DNA of 64,000 bases, taken from positions 1-64,000 of IMG/VR virus record IMGVR_UViG_3300023116_000009. One strand, 5' to 3'. Below the pieces are notes generated by a model. That model was not told the DNA's origin. It saw only the letters and a program-made list of their open reading frames with translations, and did not search any database. The DNA is from a virus. The position numbers and the translations under genes were made by a program. Position 1 is the stretch's first letter; the number at the start of each line of letters is the position of its first letter. Below are positions 36,401-47,169 of this stretch, piece by piece.

Positions 36401-38013
36401 CCACTGACATAAGTATTAGTTGCGGGATCAATTCCAGAAACTGCTTGCTTACCAATTTGCAGTTCAAAAGTTCTAGAATCAACTCTTCTACGAATGTAGA
36501 ATACGATTGGATCAAATGATTCTGGGAACGAAGTTTTACCAGTGCCTGCAAGAGTTACTGAACTACCAAACTTAACTCTATCACCCTCATACCATGTGTC
36601 ATTGTCACTTCCAACAGTTACCGTAGCAACACCAGTAACTCCATTATAAGACCAACCAGTGATGGCAACACTTTGTGTAGTTGCTTGAGAAACTTCTGCT
36701 ACTCTACCTGTATTTGGATTATATGCTTGTGCAACACTGAAACCATCAAATCCATTGTATCCACCAGCACCAGGACTATCGTAAAAAGATTTACCAACAA
36801 ATACTTTTAGTGTATTTCCTGCCTTGGATTCAACTCTAAACAGGGTTTGTGCATACTTGTTGGGATATAACTTAGCACCAGTATTACAAGTAAGCAGAAT
36901 ATCTTTCAGGGTAACACTATCACCCTCTTTGAATCCATGGTCACTAGTTGTAGTAACCTGACAAACACCTGTAGTATTATTGTAGGAGAAATCTCTAATG
37001 TGCTTCTCATAAGGATCAAGAAGCAATTCAGTAGATTCTGTTCCTTTAACAGATGCAGAAGTATCTGCACCAACTTGAGCAACATAAATCTCTCTCTTAT
37101 CCTTCAGTAATGATTGGTCAAACAAACCACCATGGATGTTTAACAAACCATCACGCAAGATTACTGCATCTCCATGATAATCATAGTAATCCCCAGGGAT
37201 TTCCATGTTACCATAATCATCATATTGAGCAACACCAAATTGACGTGGATTAGTAGTGTTATCAGGATCGTAGAAATACTTTTCGTTCTTCTGTCTGATT
37301 AATGACTGGGTTCTTCTTACACAACAGAAGTTATCACCACGACCTTCATGAATACTCTCATAATAATAACCATCAAATTTATCAAATACACCATACTTCT
37401 TAACCGATGGATTAAGTACTTGACGATCTTGTCCTGCAAGTAAGTACGTTTTGCCATTATCAGCAATGGCACCATTAGGATAAAATGCTGAACTGATTGC
37501 AGAAGCAGTAGTATATGGAGCACGACCAAACTTAACACCAAATGTACCAGCAGAAACACGACCTGGCTGGTATCTAAAGAATCTCTTAGATGTTAAGATT
37601 GAGTGTTCATTTGCGGGTGCCTCAACAAGAGCACCTGCCTCTGCGGGAACGTGCCCAAGACCCCAATCCTGAACACCTGGGATTCCAGTATATTCATTCT
37701 GTGTAGCACCAGTGCCACCTGCTGGAATAGTTAGTGCCTGTTCAGGAACTGCTGTCCATTCTGATGGGTTAACATCGTAAGTATTAACATCGGCAAAGAT
37801 ACCTAATGCAACTTCAGATCTGGGAATGCCCAGCAAAGAAAGAGCAACTTCCGATTGTTGCTTATTTTGTTCTTCAACAGGAATTGCTTCCTGGTCACTA
37901 GCGATAACAACAGGAATTGACTTCTCTGCAGGTTGTTGTCCAGTAGGAACTGGAGCAGTTCTGCCGACAACTACGACGGCAGAGTTATTGTTTACATTAG
38001 TATTAGTTGCCAT
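33415..38013 (-). CDS. Large virion structural or fibre protein
   Basis: 1532 aa; FRYQPGR and MYKIEFSWYGA domain interrupted by about four Y(N)..TG..T.....H.F..GD.V repeats. Confidence 0.75.
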   Translation of the reverse strand: MATNTNVNNNSAVVVVGRTAPVPTGQQPAEKSIPVVIASDQEAIPVEEQNKQQSEVALSLLGIPRSEVALGIFADVNTYDVNPSEWTAVPEQALTIPAGGTGATQNEYTGIPGVQDWGLGHVPAEAGALVEAPANEHSILTSKRFFRYQPGRVSAGTFGVKFGRAPYTTASAISSAFYPNGAIADNGKTYLLAGQDRQVLNPSVKKYGVFDKFDGYYYESIHEGRGDNFCCVRRTQSLIRQKNEKYFYDPDNTTNPRQFGVAQYDDYGNMEIPGDYYDYHGDAVILRDGLLNIHGGLFDQSLLKDKREIYVAQVGADTSASVKGTESTELLLDPYEKHIRDFSYNNTTGVCQVTTTSDHGFKEGDSVTLKDILLTCNTGAKLYPNKYAQTLFRVESKAGNTLKVFVGKSFYDSPGAGGYNGFDGFSVAQAYNPNTGRVAEVSQATTQSVAITGWSYNGVTGVATVTVGSDNDTWYEGDRVKFGSSVTLAGTGKTSFPESFDPIVFYIRRRVDSRTFELQIGKQAVSGIDPATNTYVSGGTLGKWSQTIPATSSGDSYTITDFNYIVDQASADFGYAFIETTASNNIVAGDMIHLEGIETNCSYNPQPKIYPAKDDEDTFPIENVTSNTFQFTLKTSTILHTHTQFTGRCVSLGLRKGSGVYIYKNKKQNDGTVFNDLGVGSTIQDSIVDGGIYYVDGIRGSRVELTRAAAGDSNVFSLGSAQIYDTNQITPIVINTDAEINYKLTPNQTAGTGDGTDGGIVYNPTTGLMTINFDSAHNLETGDLIKIDDYSLIFTCNQDSHATEHRYPRSFNENLDGTPDPNGNNTANTRAPDPISGKWVPITVVDATSFTVQVLATVPSTDTSTHRFVRSDSNCIAFKKNTPYVVTPAPFVLPNTTNFAYRGTVENADPQAVTGLNPYGCFPYRYSYGTAIDDKVGFVTTDISLNTAANATSIKNDIDDVNKKLLKEWVYNHVKPAHWGVYEYRVPRSRFSGEKVHGLAEGTEALGTDVLYSDVVYSQGSQNFPGQTVRDETTGADLTRASSWNLNPENVTMYKIEFSWYGAVGALFLAYVPLDSGEARWVRVHHLRASNQLKVASLGNPTLPITYYVYGGGTEFSYGYKNDRRTDNTVGYSNSYSEFLVKYGASYYIDGGDRGTVRLFNYATPVSSEVYGSRLRFNITAGNNYGDISDNSDPYPYLDLAGATNTNGPTVTDPTFYIGATLVTPNREPNVKVSWVSGTKIYLSKPISGAQSGDFFLVLDRPNILVGLNCRDKVNGVRNRIQVYPTRLSIGNSNQPATIKLIKTPVFQTKDGTQADSTATVGGNKGNMRTDYTNGDGLTIGSIGRPTALEGARIPGTSKPYLENLTSTYGYFRGYYEGDNGNVFTIFGLLQRNASGTYLFSSYQKYSSNIVIFGDFLRAGEFREPNPAANGLDGSAVNPTSDPLTSLSAIAVSDEQRTPIPGTGQVITTLFTPSNSGEQFPLQQFFDYNKDYLSFPLTDEIENLFIVGSVNRLYDSSAAETEINAAITWEEQ

Positions 38014-38016
38014 GTC

Positions 38017-41000
38017 TTACTTTACTCCGATGATTCCCTTGGCGATGGTAAATGTACGTTGCTTCTTTATATATCCTCTGGCGGCAGGGTCTGCTGTAAT
38101 ACTGCCTCCATTGTTATTAGCATTGAATGTGTTGAAATCTGCTTTATACAGAACCATATTCCATGCTTGATTGACGAAATTCAGTCCACGAACTTCAAGT
38201 TCAGAAGGTAAACTATACCCAGTAACTGGGTTGTGCTCCTGTAATGTTACAATATCCCCAATGGTGAATTCACCAACGGTTTCAGCGGTAATTTTAATTG
38301 TATATTGCTGAGAATTTTGATCATAATCAACTACACCAGTAATGTTATAATTATCGGCGTCACCAATATTTATTTCCTCAGTAGCATTTACATAATATAC
38401 GATGTAGTTATAATTAATTCCAACTACACCTTGAATTGTTCTGTAAGGAATGCTACTCAAAGCAGCAGGAGGAATTTGAACTTGAACCCCACCATTAGCA
38501 GCATCATATACTTGAGTTTCAAGGACAGATCTGTTAACTCCACCAACGTTATAAGTCAGTGGGTTTGCACCAAGGGTTTCATTTCCATTATTATCAACAT
38601 TAACTGTATATACAAATGTATTAAAGATTGCACTGGTGAAGTTCTTGGCAACATTCTCTTCAACATAAGTAAATCTAACTGGACCATTGGTTCCAGTCCC
38701 TGCCGTCTTGTAGCAGTTAAGGTTAATATTATTAAAGTCAGAATCATAAAGATCTGTTGTTGGAATCCACTCATCATCTGGTCCAAGAACAAGATTATTC
38801 TCAGTGTTAGAACTTCTAGCACCGTAAGTTCTGATCCCTGTTCCAGAGTTTCTAATAATACAAGAGTTAAATGCTACAACCTCAGTGGTTGTAATATCTG
38901 CAGGTCCAGGGTTGTTAATAAATGCACTATCAGAAACTTTAAGAACGCTACAGTTAGTTGCTTGAAGTGGATTATCAAAGGAAGTGTAAGTTGTTGAATT
39001 ATCACTAATAAAGCAGTTTTGAACAGATACTCTTGATCCTTCAGCAATCCAAAGACCATCGCCTACAGAGTTAGTAATATCACATCCAGAAATTGAGAAG
39101 TTATCAATCCCCCCAGCATAAACTAAAGCATTTGATTCTGGAGATGCACTAACACCCAATCTGATGTTATTGTCATAATTTCCATCAATGACAATATTAT
39201 TGACTGTAATGTTTTTATTTGGTTGAGAAGTAGTGTTTGATGGTGTTCCAGTTGCATCCTCTGGTGTTCTCAAATATAAAGCACAATACGTTCTACTGAT
39301 TTCACCATTTGAATTCCTGTTCCATGAAGTGTCAAAGTATTGCTTTTTAATGATGCAGGACTTACCCGCTCCAGCAAGAGAGAAGTTTGAAGGAATGTCT
39401 AATCTCTTAACCAAATATGTACCACCAGTTAAGTATAATGAATCCAGTCCCTTATCAATAACATCATCAATTACAGCATGTATTGCTTCAGTGTCATCAT
39501 GAACTACTTGCACTCCGCCAGCAGCAATATTGATGTTTGTAGTATTTGAAGTATCAACCGTATCATATGCAGTATCTGGTGAATTACTTAAAGTAATTGT
39601 TTTGGTAGCATAATCTACTGACTCAACAGTTCTCTCAACATATCCAGCAATTGCTCTAGCGGTTGGAACTGTATTTGGAAGTACCGTGGTTGGGAACCCA
39701 TACATCTTAGTATGATTCGCATGAATAGTTCCATCAGTATTTTTATTTCCCCAAGTCACTCTATCAAATGCACCATAATCCTTAAAGTCAATTGGACCCA
39801 AGTTAATGTCAGAACCAATATCTCTTTGACCAACAATTGCAATGAGATTTAAGTTCGCATTATGTACCGAAGGAGCAATTGCATTTCCTTCAGCAGTACT
39901 TACAACTGCACTAATATCATTATGATAACGATAGACAAGAATTGCATGATTAGCATCTGGTCTGAACAGTTTCAAGTTGTTATATCTTTGCTCATTAAAC
40001 TGAGTGAGGGGATAGTTTGCAACAACATTAGTATTTGCTCCTGATCCTGCGTGTTTTAGTTGATGGAATGAAGATACAACGCCAGTATCTACATTTAACA
40101 ATCTTACATAATATGTGTAGTTTACTCCGCCACCACTTCCACCAACAGCAGCAGTAACTTGGGCACTTTGATCAATACTTGTTGTCCACTGATTATACAC
40201 ACTAGAACTGTCTGAGTTAGTGTAATCATATTGACTAATATTCTTTGTATTGACACCAAAGACCTTTACAGTTTGTCCAATTCTCCAAGTACCAACATTT
40301 TGTGATACAGTATCACCATTACCATCAAGATAATCTCCAATACTTACAACAAGTTTATTGTTAGCATCAACACCCAGAGCAGTCGCTCTGTAAATAGTGC
40401 CATCTCCAGAAACTCCAAAGGATGACAGGTTGTTAACATCACCAGTATTTAAAGAGAAGTACTCAAATGCCGTTCCCTGCTCATTAACTCTCAGCAACTG
40501 TTCAGGAAGTCCACCAACAGTAATTCCAGTACCACCACCAGAGATAGGAATAACAGGGAGATCTGTTGTTTGAATATTTTGATAACTCGTAGCACGAATA
40601 GAACCAGTTACATCCAGTGTTGCTTGTGGATCATCATTATTAATACCAATACGGTTTTCATCATTAGTGTATGCTTGATTAGATCCATTGACAGATCTAA
40701 CATTAATTACGTTATCATTACCACTCTTAATCCTAAGGATATTATTAACACCACCGACTTCAATTGCACTAGTAGCAGTATCATATCCAAGTACTTTAGT
40801 ATAGGAGGTTCCAGATGTTAAGATCTTAACTGTGGTGCTACCAAGGGAAATACCATCGGTAGGAACAAGAGATAAAAGAGAACTCCCGCCAACTGATAAA
40901 ACTAATGCTTCAGGTGATGATACTCTAGAAATACCTGTTGTAGTACTATCACCAAAAATTAATGACGGATTAGAACTAGTTCCGTTATTAAGTTTTAGTT

Positions 41001-41304
41001 TTGGTGAATTAATTTGCGTGTTATTATCTGCTAAAGTTAAGTTACCAGCAGATACCGTAAGTCCACCAACAGCAAGTTCCAGAGCAGAGTCGGTTGCTGC
41101 TGGAGCAGTCAAAGTTAGTTTATTAGAACCAGCAGTAAAATAAGTCGCCCCTTGCCCAACTCTAATATTTAAAGTCGATTCTAATGTAATTGGTTGTGTT
41201 CCAATGTCTGCTGATCCAGTTGCATTCAAATATTGGGTATCAAATTTACCCTCTGTGATAGTTTGATCCTTAATTACACTGGACGTAATTCTAGTTAGTG
41301 CCAT
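38017..41304 (-). CDS. Tailspike-like protein with a pectate-lyase-type beta-helix
   Basis: DDTEAIHAVID..LYLTGGTYLV..NFSLAGAG..NITVNNIVIDGN is a right-handed beta-helix signature. Confidence 0.8.
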   Translation of the reverse strand: MALTRITSSVIKDQTITEGKFDTQYLNATGSADIGTQPITLESTLNIRVGQGATYFTAGSNKLTLTAPAATDSALELAVGGLTVSAGNLTLADNNTQINSPKLKLNNGTSSNPSLIFGDSTTTGISRVSSPEALVLSVGGSSLLSLVPTDGISLGSTTVKILTSGTSYTKVLGYDTATSAIEVGGVNNILRIKSGNDNVINVRSVNGSNQAYTNDENRIGINNDDPQATLDVTGSIRATSYQNIQTTDLPVIPISGGGTGITVGGLPEQLLRVNEQGTAFEYFSLNTGDVNNLSSFGVSGDGTIYRATALGVDANNKLVVSIGDYLDGNGDTVSQNVGTWRIGQTVKVFGVNTKNISQYDYTNSDSSSVYNQWTTSIDQSAQVTAAVGGSGGGVNYTYYVRLLNVDTGVVSSFHQLKHAGSGANTNVVANYPLTQFNEQRYNNLKLFRPDANHAILVYRYHNDISAVVSTAEGNAIAPSVHNANLNLIAIVGQRDIGSDINLGPIDFKDYGAFDRVTWGNKNTDGTIHANHTKMYGFPTTVLPNTVPTARAIAGYVERTVESVDYATKTITLSNSPDTAYDTVDTSNTTNINIAAGGVQVVHDDTEAIHAVIDDVIDKGLDSLYLTGGTYLVKRLDIPSNFSLAGAGKSCIIKKQYFDTSWNRNSNGEISRTYCALYLRTPEDATGTPSNTTSQPNKNITVNNIVIDGNYDNNIRLGVSASPESNALVYAGGIDNFSISGCDITNSVGDGLWIAEGSRVSVQNCFISDNSTTYTSFDNPLQATNCSVLKVSDSAFINNPGPADITTTEVVAFNSCIIRNSGTGIRTYGARSSNTENNLVLGPDDEWIPTTDLYDSDFNNINLNCYKTAGTGTNGPVRFTYVEENVAKNFTSAIFNTFVYTVNVDNNGNETLGANPLTYNVGGVNRSVLETQVYDAANGGVQVQIPPAALSSIPYRTIQGVVGINYNYIVYYVNATEEINIGDADNYNITGVVDYDQNSQQYTIKITAETVGEFTIGDIVTLQEHNPVTGYSLPSELEVRGLNFVNQAWNMVLYKADFNTFNANNNGGSITADPAARGYIKKQRTFTIAKGIIGVK

Positions 41305-41332
41305 TCTGTGCTTTTACCCTATGTTTTATTTA

Positions 41333-44300
41333 TTAATTGGCAAGACAACGAATGTCAATTCTAGTACCTACGGGTAGTTCCCCGTCGAAATAGAGATAAG
41401 TTCCATCAAAGTGATAGTCAACGTATGGTTGTTGAATAACCCCATCAATGAATACAATCATACTTCTTGTATTGAAATCAGCAACATTACCAATACCTCC
41501 CACATCGGCATCTCTTGGAGCACCACTAACGTGAGGAGTCGCAGCAGATGATCCATAATAGATAAACGATGACAAGGCATTTGTCATTCTTGCACCGAAT
41601 GTTCTAGTAATAGAAGTTAAGGTTGAAGAACCTTGATATCTAACAACATCAATTGTTAATGGTGGGTTACTCTGAGTATTGTCAAGTTTAAAGATGGTAT
41701 CTAAGTTTGTATTAGTATTTGCTGCATTTGCAATTGTAATTGTAGCAAAGAATGCTTTCTTAGTAAGTCCAAACGATGCTGTATCTGGAGTTGTAACATT
41801 ACCAAGGGAGTCAATATTAAATACACTGTTACCACCAACTTTTGCATCAAAGATTCTAGAAGATACTGCTCCAGTTGGAGATCCAGCAACATTAATCTCA
41901 ATTGGTTTATACTCAACGCTAGAACTTGACCAAGTTTGATTTAAAGAAATACGAGTTTCTTTTGTTGATGTGTTTGAAGTAATGGAGTCACCGACTGCGT
42001 TACCAATGTCAAGATGTGTGCCAATTCGTTGACTGGTTGTTACATCAAGATCATAGTTAGTATTTGCATTAGCAATACCTAAATCAGCACCTACATTGAG
42101 AGAATAGTTCCCATTAGTGTCTTTATAAGAATGAATTTTCTCCGTTCCTACAAGTCCAGATTCTCTCCACTCTTGAGTAGAATTTACCTGATCATCAACA
42201 TAAGTCCAACCACGAGAATCTCCATTAACAGGAGTTGTCTTCAGAACATAATCTCCAACGATTTCTCCAGTTAATGCACTAACAGTATCTCTATTGAGAA
42301 TCTTAGTTACAATACCATCAGGATTTCTAAGTTTGATGCCACTGAAGAAATTATTTTCAGTGTCAAAATTAGTATCCTTCAGGAATGTTACTGGTCCTTG
42401 GAATGTAGATGTAATTGTGTTTCCAGAACCACCAATAACGGTTAGGTTATCCTTAAGAGTAAGGGTATTGAGTTCTGTAATTTGGTTTTCAGTTGTCTTA
42501 CCAGTAACAGCATTGATAACTGTATTACCAATATAAAGATCCCCTTGAGAGTTAAGACCAGAATAGAATGCGATACCACCCTGCTCTTTCAGTGATTGGG
42601 AATACTTAACTTGATCATTAGTAAGTACTTTATTCTGCTTGATTGGGAAACCAGTTGAATAGTTACCAGGACCAAAACCAACATATTCAAATGTATGGTT
42701 ACCAGATCTAATAGTAGATGGTCTACGAAGTTCTACTTTGATGGTATCAGTTGGTCTTCTTGGATTAATGGGAACTTTTCTAACTTCACCATTACCAATA
42801 CCAGATTCTAAGATAGTCGTTTCAATAGAGTGTGCTTCTGCCGCTCCATTTGAAATCCACTTATGACTTACTTCACTATTCGCTGCAAGTTTATCACTCC
42901 ATCTCCACTCAAGTTCATTGTTGAGGTATTCATCCAACCAATAAGAGATTGATTCTTTAGTAACGCTGAAAGAGGTATCTCTAGTAGTAACGTTAGCATC
43001 AATACCACTCGTAGTATTAACGACACCAATGACCAGAGGATCAGCAATAGAATCTGCAATAATTGGATCATTAACAACATTATCAAGATCAATTACTGGA
43101 TAAATGTTAGTTGTATCTTGACTAAACTTAAATGAATTTCCTGGAAGGACAGATTGACTTACAGGAATAGAACCCTTAAGCACTGTTAAGTAGTATACTC
43201 CAGGAACTTCTGCTTCAGTTGCAGTTGCAGATTTAAATGGAGTTACTTCTTCAACTTCATAGACATAGTATACATCATTATAATCATGTCCACTGATCCT
43301 ATTGTATGTCTCTCCAGCATCAGTAGGAGTTACCGAAGTTGGAACCGTTCCTGCACCACCCGCATCCGTTCCTAATGCAGTGATGATAATATCAGTGAGT
43401 GTAAGTGCAGCATCTCTAACATTAGTACAACCACCAAAAGTGTCAATTAACTGTTCTTCACCAGTAATTGCAGTGAATGTTACAATGTTTGAAAGACCAT
43501 ATGAAGTTGTATTATCTCCACTTGTATTGTTATTAACCAAAGCACCAATCGATGGTGTATTTACTGGTGATCCAGTTTTTCCATTGTTAATAACATATGT
43601 CATTAATGGTTTGAGATATGTATCAAGAATTTCTACAGTTTCATCTCTCTCTCCTTGGATTCCATTGGCACCTGCTCCTGCACCATTAATATAAAGATCT
43701 GCTGCAGCAACAACTTGATCATTGCCACCATAACGCAAGTTGTAAGCAATTGCTTCAATAATATTGATTAAGTCATCGATACATGATTTTCTTTCACCAG
43801 CAGTATCCAATTCTGTATTTCCTGGGTTTGCTGCAATCCATCTAGCAACTGCTTCATGTGCCAGGAAGTACTTGTTAAGAAGCAAAAGGTTTGCACCATC
43901 AGTAAATCTGTCACCTCTACCTAAGATTGAATTACCTCTCTTAACCTGAAGGACATAACCTCTTTGAGGGAATGAAGGTGCTGGATCAGTGGCAAGACCA
44001 CTTACAGATTTAGTCACATAACGCAATCTGTAAATCTTGTCATCATCGACTCTCTCATCAACAATTCTCTTAATATAGGAAGTTGGAGTTGTCGTAATTG
44101 TGGTAAGTCCATACTTAGTATTACCATCAATCGAACTAAAGATAGTATTAGTATTATTGGTAGGAGTTGCTGGTGCAGAAACGTTTACGTACCAACCACC
44201 AGTAGTATTGGAAAGTGCAGTAAAATCATAATCAAAGGCATTACCATTTACTGGAGAGATGTTTGCATACTGCTCACTAGTTGCGGATGCAGTTGTATTT

Positions 44301-46951
44301 GCATAAAGAGGAACATAAATTTTATCAGAGATAGTGCTTCCATCTTTATCAAGAGTTCTTGCACCAACAACAAATTTACCAATTTGCTTATCAAGACCAT
44401 CTCCAATTGTCAATACACAATCAAGACCAACACCATCAGCAGCATTTGTTGGAATAGTAATGGTGTCTCCTGGTTGGAACGCACCATAATCATTAGATAC
44501 AAACGATGCTCCAGTAACAGAACCATTATTTACTGTTAAGGTGATTGTTTTGTTGTTATCATTAGGATCAACTACAATAACATTACCAGCAGTAAAATTA
44601 GAACCTCCACTAGTAATTCCTAAGAAGTTGTCTCTACCTGAGAGATAAACTCTCGTATTAGTCAATGCTGTTTTTACTGCATTGATTGATTCATAATAAC
44701 TATTGGTTAAACCAGATTCTACATTTCTTGGTGGAATAATGTGAGTAATTTCACCAAGAGAATCTTTATTAAATGCCTGATCACTAAATCCAATAGAACG
44801 CATGGCGTTCATACCAAAGTTGGAGTTGGAGTTAGTAATTGACATGTCACCACCATCTTCAGCAATGAAGTGGTCAGCATAACCAACAGCAAAGACCGAA
44901 ACTGCCTGAATTACTGCACGGTTAGATGCTTTAACGTGATAACTTCTTTGAAGTGGGTTGTAAATTGCGTCTGGATCAGTATGTAACGAACCTGATGCTG
45001 TAGTGTAAGTATTAGATCCAGAGGAATACTTCAAGAATGCAGTATCATCTTTCTGCAGTGAGATGCCCGTATATTGTGCAACCACCATGGATCTAAAACC
45101 AGTCGCTCTAGAACCATCAGCGTGCATACCACAGATACCATAAGTGGATCTGAGAGATACGTTAAAGATATATGGTGATGCAGATTCTACTGTATCAATT
45201 TCTACTTGAGCGGTTGCAGAAAGTCCAGTATTTCCGTCATATGTAACCTGATAACCAGAAATGCCCAGGTCAGCATCAGTTTCAACAAGATCTAATTGAG
45301 CTTCAGCAGTAGCACTAATTTGGAAAGTAAATTCACTTCTACTATTAACACCAGCAACTTTTCTTTGACCAACATAATAACTATTAATAGTTCCGTCTGT
45401 ACTTACAGTTCCTGCAATTGCAACGAAGTTTCCAGCAGTAAGTTCAAGGTCTTCTTCTAATGTTACGGTTACAATATCATTATTTCTAGTTACTCGTTCA
45501 ATATTAACAGAATCAGCAAGGGCACCAACGATTCTATTCTCCTGAATTTTTGCCTCAATTTTATCAGCAGAAATTACAGGAATTACATCAGAAACTTTTC
45601 TATAGAATCCTACAAGATCGTGAAGTGATGCATACTCAAATACAGTTAACTTAGTGTGAGTGTATTCAGTATTAGTAGTCAAAGACCAGGAAGATTCTGG
45701 TTTTACAACGGAAGTTCTATAAACTCCTAATGGATCACCATCAAAAATAGAAAATTGCCAGAAGTAACATCCACCAGTGATTCTAAAGAGAGCAGTTCTA
45801 CTGTTATCATCCTCATATGGCAAATCAACTACGATTCCAGTTCCAACATTAGTGCCATTGGCAACATCAGATGCCAGATAACCATGTGGTTTAGAAATAC
45901 CAACGGTGATTGAAGAAGCTCCAGTAGCACCAATACTTGTAATTGAAGTACCTTCATCAATTTTTAAACCAGTATCTACTGCAGTAATGTTATTTGAACC
46001 TGAGGATCCAGGAACAAAAGTATGTGTTGATGTTTCACTCGATGTTCCAACATTGACAGTAATTGTTGTGGCACTTACTTCACGAATGTCAAGAGTAGTA
46101 TCATATGCAGGGTCCGTTGTTCTAGGATATAATACTTCTCCTGGTCCAGATGCACAAGTAAACGCAAGTGACTCAACTGCAATGCGAATACTGTTATCTG
46201 TAGTAAGGGTATGTGATCCAATCTCAAGGGTCAAATCACCAGTGATTGGATTATATGAAGTTCCTGATGCTGCAGTAAACTGACTAATAATAGAGTATCC
46301 AGCAACACCTTTCTTAAAGACAGAACCAATGATAACATCATTAATATTATCAACACCATCTGGTCCATTAGTAACACCAGTGATAGTTAATTCATTTGGA
46401 TTGGCATTAGATGCTGTATAACTAATTTGGGTTGTTCCAGCAATAGTATTTGAACCACCAGAAGGAACATACTTTGGTCTAATCTTGGTCTTTCTAAGGT
46501 CCATACCGACCAAAGAAACACCTCTAGGAATAATCAAACCACCTCTAGTTGAGTTAGTGATCTTATAAAGATCTGCATACTGCTTTGTCGTATCCGACCA
46601 ACCATATTGCCCCGCAACAGGACCAGCGGAGAATGGAACAGTTAATTCTGCAAGGTAGTTTCCTGTTACACCATCAACCTGAAAGGAATATGAACCAGGG
46701 CGGTTATCAACAATATGATCACCAGGATACAACATAATTGTAAACTGGTCAAATTTATCGTCAGCATTGCCTGCACTGACGTATGAATATCTCGCTACTT
46801 CAAGAACTGCACGTGCAATCGTCTTGAAAGGTCTAAGTGGCGAATTGCCTTTATTATCAATTGCGTCTGTCGAATCAAAGTCATCTGGATTGACGTACAG
46901 GATTCTTCCCTCAACGGAAGAAATGATGTTTTGAAGTCGTGTTAATGCCAT
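41333..46951 (-). CDS. Large tail fibre protein
   Basis: 1872 aa; N-terminus ILYVNPDDFDSTD..GNSPLRPFKTIARA is typical of cyanomyovirus fibres. Confidence 0.8.
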   Translation of the reverse strand: MALTRLQNIISSVEGRILYVNPDDFDSTDAIDNKGNSPLRPFKTIARAVLEVARYSYVSAGNADDKFDQFTIMLYPGDHIVDNRPGSYSFQVDGVTGNYLAELTVPFSAGPVAGQYGWSDTTKQYADLYKITNSTRGGLIIPRGVSLVGMDLRKTKIRPKYVPSGGSNTIAGTTQISYTASNANPNELTITGVTNGPDGVDNINDVIIGSVFKKGVAGYSIISQFTAASGTSYNPITGDLTLEIGSHTLTTDNSIRIAVESLAFTCASGPGEVLYPRTTDPAYDTTLDIREVSATTITVNVGTSSETSTHTFVPGSSGSNNITAVDTGLKIDEGTSITSIGATGASSITVGISKPHGYLASDVANGTNVGTGIVVDLPYEDDNSRTALFRITGGCYFWQFSIFDGDPLGVYRTSVVKPESSWSLTTNTEYTHTKLTVFEYASLHDLVGFYRKVSDVIPVISADKIEAKIQENRIVGALADSVNIERVTRNNDIVTVTLEEDLELTAGNFVAIAGTVSTDGTINSYYVGQRKVAGVNSRSEFTFQISATAEAQLDLVETDADLGISGYQVTYDGNTGLSATAQVEIDTVESASPYIFNVSLRSTYGICGMHADGSRATGFRSMVVAQYTGISLQKDDTAFLKYSSGSNTYTTASGSLHTDPDAIYNPLQRSYHVKASNRAVIQAVSVFAVGYADHFIAEDGGDMSITNSNSNFGMNAMRSIGFSDQAFNKDSLGEITHIIPPRNVESGLTNSYYESINAVKTALTNTRVYLSGRDNFLGITSGGSNFTAGNVIVVDPNDNNKTITLTVNNGSVTGASFVSNDYGAFQPGDTITIPTNAADGVGLDCVLTIGDGLDKQIGKFVVGARTLDKDGSTISDKIYVPLYANTTASATSEQYANISPVNGNAFDYDFTALSNTTGGWYVNVSAPATPTNNTNTIFSSIDGNTKYGLTTITTTPTSYIKRIVDERVDDDKIYRLRYVTKSVSGLATDPAPSFPQRGYVLQVKRGNSILGRGDRFTDGANLLLLNKYFLAHEAVARWIAANPGNTELDTAGERKSCIDDLINIIEAIAYNLRYGGNDQVVAAADLYINGAGAGANGIQGERDETVEILDTYLKPLMTYVINNGKTGSPVNTPSIGALVNNNTSGDNTTSYGLSNIVTFTAITGEEQLIDTFGGCTNVRDAALTLTDIIITALGTDAGGAGTVPTSVTPTDAGETYNRISGHDYNDVYYVYEVEEVTPFKSATATEAEVPGVYYLTVLKGSIPVSQSVLPGNSFKFSQDTTNIYPVIDLDNVVNDPIIADSIADPLVIGVVNTTSGIDANVTTRDTSFSVTKESISYWLDEYLNNELEWRWSDKLAANSEVSHKWISNGAAEAHSIETTILESGIGNGEVRKVPINPRRPTDTIKVELRRPSTIRSGNHTFEYVGFGPGNYSTGFPIKQNKVLTNDQVKYSQSLKEQGGIAFYSGLNSQGDLYIGNTVINAVTGKTTENQITELNTLTLKDNLTVIGGSGNTITSTFQGPVTFLKDTNFDTENNFFSGIKLRNPDGIVTKILNRDTVSALTGEIVGDYVLKTTPVNGDSRGWTYVDDQVNSTQEWRESGLVGTEKIHSYKDTNGNYSLNVGADLGIANANTNYDLDVTTSQRIGTHLDIGNAVGDSITSNTSTKETRISLNQTWSSSSVEYKPIEINVAGSPTGAVSSRIFDAKVGGNSVFNIDSLGNVTTPDTASFGLTKKAFFATITIANAANTNTNLDTIFKLDNTQSNPPLTIDVVRYQGSSTLTSITRTFGARMTNALSSFIYYGSSAATPHVSGAPRDADVGGIGNVADFNTRSMIVFIDGVIQQPYVDYHFDGTYLYFDGELPVGTRIDIRCLAN

Positions 46952-46989
46952 TAAATTGCCCTAATATGACACAGATCTAGTTCTTCAGT

Positions 46990-46997
46990 TATTTATA
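46990..46997 (-). promoter_or_regulatory. T4-type late promoter
   Basis: TATAAATA on the minus strand, upstream of the 46951 start. Confidence 0.8.
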
Positions 46998-46998
46998 A

Positions 46999-47169
46999 CT
47001 ACTCCTTGTTCTCCTTCCTCACTTTCTTCAATGATTTCAATTCCATCTTGATATTCTGATATGCAGTTTCAGCATCAATCTTCTTTGCTAGTTCCATGGC
47101 ACAGATAACTTCTACACGAGTGCCAAAGTGCTTGAGTGCTTCTTCAAATGAATTCAGTTCTTCGTACAT
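46999..47169 (-). CDS. Conserved cyanophage hypothetical protein (56 aa, not in the ORF track)
   Basis: MYEELNSFEEALKHFGTRVEVICAMELAKKIDAETAYQNIKMELKSLKKVRKENKE. Confidence 0.7.
   Translation of the reverse strand: MYEELNSFEEALKHFGTRVEVICAMELAKKIDAETAYQNIKMELKSLKKVRKENKE

Noticed and set aside
17820-46951. Diversity-generating retroelement target/template repeats in the fibre genes
   Set aside because: No near-identical repeat pair differing at adenines was seen by eye, and there is no reverse transcriptase in the window. A self-alignment would be needed to exclude this fully.
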